A stretch of DNA of 64,000 nt, taken from NCBI GenBank assembly GCA_904063045.1, contig CAJFCJ010000014.1:186001-250000 (forward strand), given 5' to 3'. Shown piece by piece: positions 49,924 through 61,326 of this stretch; positions within the stretch are counted from its first letter, which is position 1; every line of letters begins with the position of its first letter. A model generated the notes under the pieces. That model did no database searches. It saw only the letters and a program-made list of their open reading frames with translations, and was not told the origin of the DNA. A program made the position numbers and the translations under genes. The DNA is from Dimorphilus gyrociliatus (taxonomy: Eukaryota; Animalia; Annelida).

Positions 49924-51298
49924 TTCAAATGAAATAAAATATAATAATTAATAATAATAATTATAATAATTCTTAGAAATGAAATATGATATTTTCATAC
50001 AATTATAAATCAACTATAATTAATACAATAAATTAATTTGTCTTTTAATAAACATTTCAAAATGAAGAGAAACACCGTCTAATAATTGTTTTTCTAGAGT
50101 TAATAGCTAAAAGCTAACAACACATGGTTCTGACGCAATATGTCGCCATGTTAGATACGGACAGGAGACCAGTCTTTGATGAGACTCGCACTACTATAAT
50201 GTTTATTGAGGTTTAATGTAATATATTTGGTGTGTTCGTGATATTGTAGACATTTTATATTCATAACTTTAATAGTGAATTTTTTTTTAATTATTTTGCT
50301 GTCATTAACATTTTCCTGATTCATGATATTAATCAAACGCACTGTCTACTCTTTTATATTTCGCCATGGCATCATGGCTTCAATGTATAACTTATGTATT
50401 TTTCTAGTTTTTCAATATGTGATCAAGAATCAGGACGATTGAAAACTCCACACGAATTGGATTCCATACTGTTGGACTGTAGCTTAACACGCAAGTCACA
50501 CATTGACATATCTTTTTATGATGAATAATAAATAATTACAGTTCATTTGTATTGATCTTGCAGGAATGGAAAAAGTGAGCAGAAATCGTGCACAAATGAT
50601 ATACAAGTATTAACAGGCTAAATTTTGAATTAAAATATAGTCAGGAGGAACAAGATTGCACGGTTACAGATAATTGGATTGTTAGCAATCCATTCTTTCC
50701 AAGAGAAAAAGCAACTGACACCAACCGCACCAGGAACGACCTACATTCATTTATCAAGCCAAGGCAAACTTTAACATCAATCAAAGATGAAGCAAAGAAA
50801 ACAGTAGGAAAAGAAGACTAAATACTTCTTAGACAATTTTCAGATTCACTTACCTTTTTAGACATTGAAGACTTGTATGTATCTGTGTTAGAGAAAGGCA
50901 GTCTCCTTTCATTTTGTCAGGCAAAATTAATATTTCAATGACATAGTCATAACTCATTGTACACAGACAATAACATTAATTCTACATATACTGCAATAGC
51001 AAAAGATTGTTTACCAGGTTAGTTGGGGTAATACAACAAAACAAAAGTATCCAGTACAATGATGTTATGGAAATGGTTACTAAAATAGAATGTAGCTGTC
51101 TACCTTGGTTCAGATCCTATACTCTATGTAATTGAAACGCTTATTCTTCAATTTACTCTTATACAATGTATTAACATTGCATTCTGGGGATTGTGGATCA
51201 CAGATCCAAAATCCTTGCCCCAAACACGCTTAAGTGGGTAAAGTTTCACATTTTATAAAAAAAAAATTTATAATAAGGGGTAACGACAATTATTTGCC

Positions 51299-53004
51299 AT
51301 GGAAAAGAAAGTACAAAGCATGACCACAGCACAAAGACTGGAGACCATTAACAGATGCATGGGTCACACTAAGAGGGGCCTGGATGATGGAAGATATACT
51401 ACAGGACTTATCAAATTGAGATGTTTTATGGCAGAAAAATTGTTAGATGAATGGGATAAACTCTTTGTGGGTGATCTGGAGGACAGAGTGGCCGAGACAA
51501 GAAGGAAAATAAAAAAATGCCTGCCTATGGTTGAAGGAGGCTACTCACCAAGGACAGACGATCCACAAGGGAAGAACATTAATGGCAATGTGAAAAGGAG
51601 AATATTGAAGCAAATATAAATAATATTTATATTGGGGCAGCAAAGGGCCAAGCCAATAGCCATGGCTCGACACGGAGCAGCAGCTGTTCCAGCACAAGAG
51701 GGACATCTTCCTTAAAAAGGAACAGAAACAGTGCAGTAACTGCAGATGAGAGCGATGATGAAGACCTATCAATGATGCAAGTCGATACAGGCATGCCAAA
51801 GCATACAATGTCTGGCAAGCAATGCTGGACCACACAAAAAGATGCAAGTGCCTTTGATAGGATGGAAGATAGCATTGATGATGAAATAGAGGACACCCCA
51901 AAGAAGGAAGAATACCCACCTTTCAAAGACCTAACAGATTGGATGGTGAAAGGAGAAGAATGGTGGACTGACAAAAAGCAAGAAATAATGGATGAAATTG
52001 GCGAGGCCATGGAGTTGGAGAAGGAGAGATGAAATGAGGAAAGAGCCCAAGACCAAGCCATGGTAAAAAACAACCAGCAAATGCAAAGTGCAATGATAAG
52101 ATCCACTATAACCACTGCAGTGGATGAGGCCACAGAAAGGGAAAGAAAAAGACGTGAAGAAGAGAAAGCCCTGCATATGCACTTGGGCATCGAGTTACAA
52201 GAAGAGGTAGATAGATTCAGATCATCACCAAAGGATGGTTACAATGGTGCAATGAAATTCCTATGCTTAAAATATGGGGAAATAAAAACAAAATGTGGCG
52301 CAGCCTTTGCTAGGTTAGAAAAATTGGGCAGAGTGGCAGATGGTAACATTCGAAAACATGACAAACTAAGTCAAATACAGAAGGAGGTTTACAAGGATTA
52401 TAAAGATAGAAATGATCTAGGAAGTGAACAGTTGGAAGCAATCCAAGTCATGGCCAGCAAGTTCAACATGACCACACAACTAAGAGCAAGATGGAAGGAT
52501 GAGCAGTTAACAGCTGAATCAAAACTCACAGTGAACAACATGGCAAGGTTCGTGCAAGCCCAAAGCTGTGGGCTAAAAAATGTAATTATCGAGCAGCAAG
52601 CAATGACAACTGACAGCCTTGGGGAAGGGCAACGAAAAAGAAAGGGAATAGATTGTTATGTATGTGGGAAGCCACACCCTTTAAGAAACTGCCCACAATT
52701 CATAATGATGAGCATCAAAGACCATAGCAAAGCAGTTAGAAGGTTGAACTTATGTGAAAACTGTATGGCAAGTAGCCATAACACATCTGACTGTTGGAGA
52801 CCAGGATGTAGGACATGTAAAACCAGAAAAAGAGCAACATGCTGCATCAGTGTGAAAAAAGAAATGGCAGTAAAAAGAAAATACTGATGATGAAAACCCC
52901 AATAATTGAAAGAGAGAATGGGATGACAGCATTAAGGGTGGAAACTGAGAATGGAAACCTCATTGCAATTCAAGACACTGGAGCCGATATGATGATAATT
53001 ACAA
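51299..53004 (+). mobile_element. Bel/Pao family A, right copy, gag and start of protease
   Basis: Mirror of 40295-42000, with an extra stop near 52030. Confidence 0.88.
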
Positions 53005-53536
53005 TTACTACGCAATAGGAGACATTAAAGCAATGTTTCATCAAGCGAACCTTGAAGTCCCTGATGAACAATACTTTGGACTACTATATTGGAAGCAAGG
53101 GAGCCAAAAAATCGACAGTAACCTAGAAGAATACAGAATGACAAGGCATGTGTTTGGGGCTAAAGATAGCCCATATGTGGTCACAACAGTAATTCAAACA
53201 TTAAGGGCTGCTTGGGACAGCCCTCAAAGAACTATCCTCAAGTTGTATGGAAGCATTGAGTGTTCAAAATTCAAGGAAGATTTTAATCAGGCATGTCATG
53301 CTTATGGCTGGGTTGGTGAAGATGTTGTGAAAGCAAATCTTTTTGATTATTTAACTGGTCCTACAAGGGATTTGGTATTGGCTCTTGATGGAGAGCATAC
53401 TGTAGAGGAAATATGGAAACCCTCCATGACAAATTTGATCTTGATTCTATGGAGTATCAAGAGAAACTGTTTAGTTTAAAGCAAATGAATGGAGAAAGTG
53501 TGGTTCAGTTTGTTAACAGAGCAAAGAAATTGATAA
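53005..53536 (+). mobile_element. Chimeric patch: Pao family A RT piece fused to a Gypsy-like gag piece
   Basis: 53005-53180 matches 58490-58670, and 53181-53536 matches the reverse complement of ~37190-37548. Confidence 0.8.
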
Positions 53537-56500
53537 ACCGCATCTCTTGAGAAATTGCCCACAATTCAAGAGAATGGATACAGAGGGTCGTAACAGGCTT
53601 GTGAAAAAATTGGGACTTTGTGATAATTGTATGACGAACAGCCATAACGTAGCCGAATGCTGGAAATTGAAATGTAGGACATGCGGGGCAGCAAAAAGTT
53701 ACTTGCTGCATCATTGTCAAAAGAAGGTCGCCCCAAAGGTCATGATGGTAAAGGCCCCGAGAATCGAGAAAGAGCATGGGATGACTGCATTGGAACTGCC
53801 TGCCAAAAAGGGTAACCTAGTAATAATACAGGATACTGGAGCGGACATGTCAATCATCACGGAGAAAGCAGCAAAAAGAATAAATGCGAGGCCTATAGAG
53901 ATAGTGGAAATCGAACTCGCAATGATGGGGAGAGTAGAGAAACACAAGGCTATGAGGTATGAGTTTGAAATCAAGGGAAGATGCCTGGAAGCTTTAGAAT
54001 ACCCGGAGATCGCCTTAATAAGCCAAAATGCTATAACGACAGAGGAACGAAAGAGATGGCCATATTTAAAGGACATCCCCATCCCGCAACTGGAACGCAG
54101 ACAAGTAGACCTGCTGTTAGGATGCGACTATGCAGACTTGATCGCACCCAGGACAATATTGGAAGGAGATGTGAATGAGCCAATTGCCATGCTTTCAAAA
54201 CTAGGATGGTCAATAACAGGACGGAAATTAGAAAAAGGGAGGCAGGCGAAAGTATCTTTGATATTAAAGGGGGATAGCTCAAAGGAACAAAAGCTAACTC
54301 TAAGGGATGAAGAATGGGTAGAAAAGTTGGATAAGAACATATCCTTCAAAGATGGAAAGGTATACGCCCCCATTCTGTTTAATGGTGATGAGAAGGAGCT
54401 GCGGTGTAACAGATATATGGCATACAAAAGGTTGGAGGGCCTACAAGAAAGGTTCACAAGAGATAAACAGTATGAGGAACAATATGATGAAGGCATCATG
54501 GACTATATAAACAAGGGTTACGCAAGAAGAAAGGGAGAAAAGGACATAATAAAATGGTTCATACCACATCACGGCGTAGCGAATCCGAATAAGAAAGGAT
54601 TGCGAATAGTATATGATTGAGCAGCAAAATACTATGGGCGGAGCGTTAATGATACAATATCAACAGGCGGGAGGTTAGTGGGAGACATACCTTCAACATT
54701 GACAAATTGGAGGAGTGGGAAGCACTATCTAATAGGAGACATAAAAGCGATGTTCCACCAAGTAAACCTTAAAGAAGTGGACCAACTGTACTTTGGTCTA
54801 CTTTACTGGCCCCCTGGAAAGCCAAAGTCAAGAGGCAATATAGTAGAGTATCTCATGACAAGACATGTATTTGGGGCAAAAGATAGTCCTTACGTAGTAT
54901 CAGCAACCCTGAGAAAGGTGTTGAAGGCCTCTCACTTGTCAAGAGAGGAGAGGGAAGAGATAACAAGAAGTTTTTATGTGGACGACCTTATATTGGCATC
55001 CAATGACGAAGATTACCTAAGGGAAGTGTTAGGGAAGGTGTTGAAGGCTCTCGATAGCTACTTCACGCTTACGAAGCTGGCGACGAACTCGATAGAAATT
55101 AGAAAGACCATCCCACCTGAAAGGAGAATTTATGATTACCCAGAAAAGGTGTTGGGCATTAAATATGAAGGAAAAGAGGATAAACTGTATTGGATAATAC
55201 AAAAGAAGACATTAGAGCTCAAGGCTACTTGGAGAGACATGTTAGGGGCAGTGGCAAGCATTTATGATCCCCTTGGATTAATAAACATTGTGACGAGCAA
55301 ATTAAGGCTCACATTTTCACAACTCAGCAAAGGCATGAGCCATTGGAAAGAGGAAATACCAGAAGAGAAGAGAAGAGACTGGAACACAATCGTAGCCAGG
55401 TTGCCTAGACAATTAAATATAGCTCGCTACGCCGGGAGCTCCAAAGGGTACCACATCTATACGGACGCCTCAGATACAACGTTGGGAGTTGCAATCTACT
55501 CATATGCTAATGGAACCGAAATGATAATGAGGTCAAAGGCCTTGATGGTTAGACCAGCCATGAAAACAACACCAAGGCGTGAGCTGGCTGCAGCATTACA
55601 AGGGGTGAGATTGGCACTGGAGGTGAGCAAAGGGGTGGCGAGAAGGCCTGCCCTATTTATGACAGACTCGGAAGTGGTACTGAGGTACATCAAGAATGAC
55701 GAAATCCCGATGGAAAAGTACGCACGAACAAGGGTGCTGGAGATATGGCAGTACACAGACCCAGATCAGTGGCACCATGTGAAGAGCGAAAATAACCCAG
55801 CAGATTGGTTAACTAAAATACCAGTAAAATTCAACCAGGAAAGGTATGACAAATGGGCAAAGAGAGAAATAACAATGACACAACAAGGACAGCCATGCAA
55901 GGTACTGTTGCTGAAAAAACCAGCCGATAATGAGCAGGACTTTGCAAAGTTCCTATCCCAGAGAGCGGGGAAGGAGCTGACCAATGTAAATGATGTCAAC
56001 CTGGAAGTAGAGAAAGCCATATGTGAAGCTCAAATGGAGATAGACCCAAAAAGACTGGCAAAATATGTGATAACAAGGGGACAGGACGGAATGAGAATCC
56101 AACTCAGACGACTGGGGAAGAAGGAGAGCTACCTTGAGAACCCTAGGATCTTGGATGGAAAGTCGACGATTGGAAAATTGATGGTGAAAAGGATTCATGA
56201 GGAAAACTGCCACGCCCCCCTGGCTAGAATGAGAGTAATCTTAAGAGAGAACCTATTGGGTACTGAATGAGGTAGCTACCATAAGACGAGTCATTGTGGA
56301 ATGTGATCAGTGCAGGAGGTATAGATCTACAATCCGTTATGAGAAAAGAGGCAACAAGCCGTACTCCTTTCAAATTGAAAATGACCTAGAAATATTTAAA
56401 TATATTGGCATCGACCATTTTGGCCCCTTTAAGCTCAAACAAGGCGGCAAGCTCTATGTATTGCTACTTATATGTCTGCAGAGTAAAACTGTACGGCTGG

Positions 56501-57445
56501 AGGTAACAGAGGGTCTAGACACAAACTCCACCAAGCTGGCGTTGGAAAGAGCATGGGCAAGGGAGAGGAGACCATCCTTAATAATCTCTGACAATTATAG
56601 GACCTTTAAGGCTATGGCTCAGGAAAAAAACCAAATCGATTGGCAATTCACGGCACCAAAGGCGCCCTACCAAGGAGGCGTGTGGGAGGTAGCAGTTAAG
56701 GCAGCTAAATATTTGGCCAAACCATATCTACACAATTGCTGGTCTCACCAGAAATGGCAGACGCTGTGGTTGCTAGTAGAGAAGGTAATAAACGATAAGC
56801 CATTACAGCAGCCGCTAGATGACCCTGACCAGATATTGGTAACACCCAATTTACTAAAGAAGAGACAACGGGAGCTACGTTGGAATGAAAGCAAATGGAG
56901 TCAGAAGCGTTGGAACGAGATACAGCGACAATGGAAAAGGATCTACCTGCAAGAGCTGGTCAGACAACAGCGGAGAACGAAGGGAGGAAGAAAGCTGCAA
57001 GTCGGAGACAAGGTCCTAGTCACTGACAAACAAAAGGCTAGGCATAGATGGGTGACTGGAGTATTAACAGAAATCATACCTAGCCATGATGGAGCCACGA
57101 GAAAGTGCAAGTTGAATACAGCAAGGGGCCCGCTTATCAGGGCTGCAGGAGAACTATTGTTCGTGGGAGAGTAAACAGAACGTTATATACTAACGTTCCG
57201 TTCACATTACATGATATGAGTGAATGTGTGTTAGTGTGCGAGTGTCAGTGTCTGAGCGTCACTTAAGAAGGGAGTTTGACTTAGCCCAGAGTCGGGACAG
57301 TCCAACTTGATGTTATGCCACATCGTTGATAACGACGTGGCATGAACGTGGCATGAATGTGGCAATACAGATGAGCACAGTCAAACACCCAATTAAGTGA
57401 CACTAACAAAGTATAAAAGGGAGTGAATGTAATAGAACGGTGTGA
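53537..57445 (+). mobile_element. Bel/Pao element (family B): gag knuckles, protease, RT, RNase H, integrase and 3' LTR; nearly intact pol
   Basis: IIQDTGAD, GDIKAMFHQV, FYVDDL, YTDASD, TPRRELAA, NPADWLTK, HHCC finger, IDHFGPF/IISDN/GGVWE. One stop (54618-54620) and one frameshift (~56255). LTR-like sequence follows 57174. Confidence 0.92.
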
Positions 57446-57548
57446 GAGACCAAAAGAATATCAAATAAAATTTATACGAAATTCTTAGGAATTTCGTGCT
57501 ATAAGCGAAAAACAAAATCTTATAAAATATATATATAGCATTATATAT

Positions 57549-60150
57549 ATAGCATTAAAGGTGGAAACTGAGAATGGAAACCTCATTGCAATTCAAGACA
57601 CTGGAGCCGATATGATGATAATTACAAAAAGGGCCACCAAAAGAATCAATGCAAAGCCTATAGAAATAGTAGAAGTCGATCTCACAATGATGGGAAGAGT
57701 GGAGAGACACAAGGCGGTGAGATATCAGATAAGCATCAAACAAAGGAATTTGGTAGCCCTCAAATATTCAGAGATTACCACAATTGATCAAAGATCCATA
57801 ACGGATGAGGAGAGAGCAAAATGGCCATATCTAAGAAACTTAGACATACCAGAATTGACAAATTATAAGGTGGATTTTTTAATAGGTTGTGACTACATTG
57901 ACCTGATAGCCCCAAGAACGATTCTGGAAGGGAAGGTCAATGAGCCCACTGCTATGCGTTCTAAGTTGGGATGGTCAATTGTTGGTTGGAGGACAGAAAG
58001 AAGGCAACTGACAAAAATTGCCTTGATATTAAAGAATAGGAATGAGACAAAGGAACAGAAACTGACAACAAATGATGAACTTTGGGTCAAACAGTTAGAA
58101 AACAGAATACACTTTAAAGATGGAAAGGGTGTATGCACCTATTCTTTTTAATGGGAAACAAATGGAACTACAGTGTAACAGACATGTGGCTTACAGCAGG
58201 CTACAAAGTCTAAAGAAGAAGTTTACAGGAGGCATAGAATACCAGAAGCAATACAATGAAGGGATAAAGGACTACCTTGAAAAGGGTTATGCAAAGAAAA
58301 ATGCCAAAAATGGAACAATAAAGTGGTTTATACCTCATCATGGCGTGTTGAGCCCAAACAAAGAAAAAATGAGAATCGTTTATGACTGCTCAGCAAGGGA
58401 TGGAGGCAAATACATAAACGACATAATAGCTACAGGTGGAAGTCTGGTGGGCGACATACCTAACACTTTAGTGAACTGGAGAAGCGGAAAATACTACGCA
58501 ATAGGAGACATTAAAGCAATGTTTCATCAAGCGAACCTTGAAGTCCCTGATGAACAATACTTTGGACTACTATATTGGAAGCAAGGGAGCCAAAAAATCG
58601 ACAGTAACCTAGAAGAATACAGAATGACAAGGCATGTGTTTGGGGCTAAAGATAGCCCATATGTGGTCTCAGCAATGCTTAGGAAGGTCCTGAAGGCCTC
58701 CAGCCTTACCAATGAAGAGAGAAAAGAGATAGAAAGATGCTTCTATGTCGACGACCTCATCCTAGCATCTGACAGTGAAGACTACCTGGGCGAAGTCTTG
58801 AGTAAAGTACTAAAGGCTCTTGGCAACTACTTCACATTGGCAAAAATAACATCAAACTCTGAAGCTGTAATAAAACAAATTCCCCACGAACAAAGGCCCG
58901 CTAATTATCCAAAGAAAGTGCTAGGGATCCATTATGACCCACAGAATGATAGGCTGGAGTGGAACCTAAGCAACCTGGCACTAGGACAGAAGGCAACGTG
59001 GAAAGAGATGCTGGGAATGATAGCAAAGATCTACGACCCATTGGGTCTGGTGACCATAGTGGTAGCCAGACTCTGAGTAATGTTCTCAGAATTGCAAAGA
59101 GACATGAAGCATTGGAGGGAGGAAGTACTGGAACAAGAGAAAACCAGATGGAATGAGGCGATAACAAAACTCCCAGATAAATTGTCTGTAACATGACATG
59201 TGAGAAAGGCTGAAGAGTACCACATTTACACTGATGCCTCCGACGAAGTCATTGGGGCAGTCATATATGCTTACATAGCAGGAAAGGGTGATACGTGCCA
59301 AAGCATTACTCGTTAAGCCAGTTATGAAAACCACCCCAAGACATGAACTCGCAGCAGCCCTATTGGGAGTGAGGCTAGCCCTGGAAGTAAGTCTGGGAGT
59401 TACTAGGTGGCCAGCAGTCTTCCTGACTGACTCCGAAGTGGTTTTGAAGTTCATAAAAAATGAAGAAAAATGGATAAGTATGCGAGGGCAAGAGTAACTG
59501 AAATATGACAATACACTAGCCCTGAGCAATGGTCTCACGTAAAGGGACAGAGCAACCCTGCTGACTGGCTGACAAAATTGCCTACACAATTCAAGCAACA
59601 AAAATACGATGCATGGTGTGAGAGATCACAGGATAACGTACAAGCTAAAATCTTAAGTAAAGTACTCGTGTTAAAGAGACCATTAGCCGAAACAACTGAC
59701 CTGACATCCTTTGGACAACCCTGACCAGGTGTTGGTAACACCAAATTCTTTGAACAAAGGGCAAAGGCTACAACAGAATGACCCAAGATGGAACCAAAGA
59801 CGATGGAACAAAATGGAGAGACAACGGCGTAAAATATATGTCCAGGAATTAGTAAGGCAACAGAGGAAGACAAGGGGAGGGCGAAAGCTGCAAATTGGAG
59901 ATAAGGTCTTAATCATTGATAAAAATCAAGCCAAGGCACAGCTGGATGGTAGGTGTGTTGACAAAAATCCTCCTAAGTCATGATGGAGTTAAAAGAAGCT
60001 GCGAAATCAAAACCAAGAAAGGGCTGTTCACAAGGGCAGTGGGTGAAATTTTGTTCGTGGGGGAATGAACAAAACATTGTTTAGTGTCAGTGTGTGTGTG
60101 TGTCAGCAAGTGTGTGTCAGTGAAGGCTGTTGTATCTGGCAGCTCACTTG
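57549..60150 (+). mobile_element. Bel/Pao family A, right copy: protease, RT, RNase H, integrase tail and truncated LTR
   Basis: ORFs 57561-58151 and 58120-59076. PPT at ~60058-60064 precedes TGAACAAAAC. Confidence 0.9.
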
Positions 60151-60299
60151 GGGACGTTTTCTGTCGGCCCCAATATGAACTACACAGTTTGGCAACTGTA
60201 AAGTGATGATTGGATATCAGATGCAAACCTCAAAGTATATAACTCCTCACTATTTTCTGCATGTAATGAACCAACAAGACAGTTAAGGAAGGGAGTGAA

Positions 60300-61020
60300 A
60301 GCACTCTTGAGAAGATTGCAACCGTTATAGAAGAATAAAGAATATTCTCTAAAGAATGTAAGAAACACCTCATTGCCAAGTATGCTAACTACCTAAGCCA
60401 AGGGTAAAATGACAAATAATAGGACAGTATGCTCTAACTATGGAAATAATCATACAGTCAAATCATGTATGCAATGCAGGATCTGAAATTGGCAGAAAAG
60501 GGTTCAGATAAACAGAAGGGTCGGCCTTTGTGAGAATTTCCTAAATACCGACAATCACAAGGGTGATAGATGCTCACGATCATCATGTGGAGGATATGCA
60601 AAGAACAAAAATTTGTGATTTCATTGTTGTGAGGTAAAGGGACTGGTGAAAAGGGTTTTAATCGGGGCAACGAGAGAGAAGAACACATCTTTGACAGCAA
60701 TGCAAATTGATATAAATGGTAAAGGAATGGTAGCCATGCTGGATATAGGAGCAGACATTACCTTGGTCAGAAATGGGACACTGTGTCGCATAAATGCTAA
60801 ATAAATAGATTCACATGCAGTGAAATTGCGAGAAGGAGAAATATATTGCTCCAGGGTATGAATTGATGGTGGCAAGGAAGGATATAGTTGTGATGGTTTA
60901 TAGAGACATAGCCACAGTTACTCAGGTGGAGTTATCAACGGAAGAAAGAAGAGAATACCTGAAGGAGGTGTGGAATCCCCAAATCAACCATAAGAATATC
61001 GATAGGTACACTGATAAATT
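60300..61020 (+). mobile_element. Highly decayed LTR-retrotransposon gag/protease remnant
   Basis: CENFLNTDNHKGDRC (knuckle-like) and MQIDING..AMLDIGADITLV (protease-like). Confidence 0.55.
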
Positions 61021-61326
61021 ATGAACGAAGACAAAATAAATAAAGACTGATAGCTAAAGATTATTATATATATTAAGATTATTAGATATTATAATAGCTA
61101 TTGCAGCTTGTCCCGTATATGCGAAATGGAAAAATCGTTTAAGAACGACGTTTTTTTTGCAGTATATATTGTTGAACGTCATCTACATCATTTCAACTCA
61201 TGGTCACATGTACTTAACTCTTACCAGTAGAGATATTTCATTCGATTTACTAGTTTACCCTGCAGATGGAGCTGGTCGTGAAGTATTATCGATCGTTAGT
61301 GAATAGGCTTAGAGAAAGATTCCACA

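Larger units (their letters stand above)
48107..60257. repeat. Right arm of the inverted duplication, interrupted by a 4.5-kb insert (53005-57548)
   Basis: See the left arm. Boundaries were read from the sequence at 48107/45361, 53004/40295, 57549/40373 and 60257/37783. Confidence 0.9.

Noticed and set aside
37783-60257. Inverted duplication as a simple fold-back read artifact
   Set aside because: The arms differ by structured indels and a 4.5-kb insert that a fold-back would not create. It is not fully excluded without reads.
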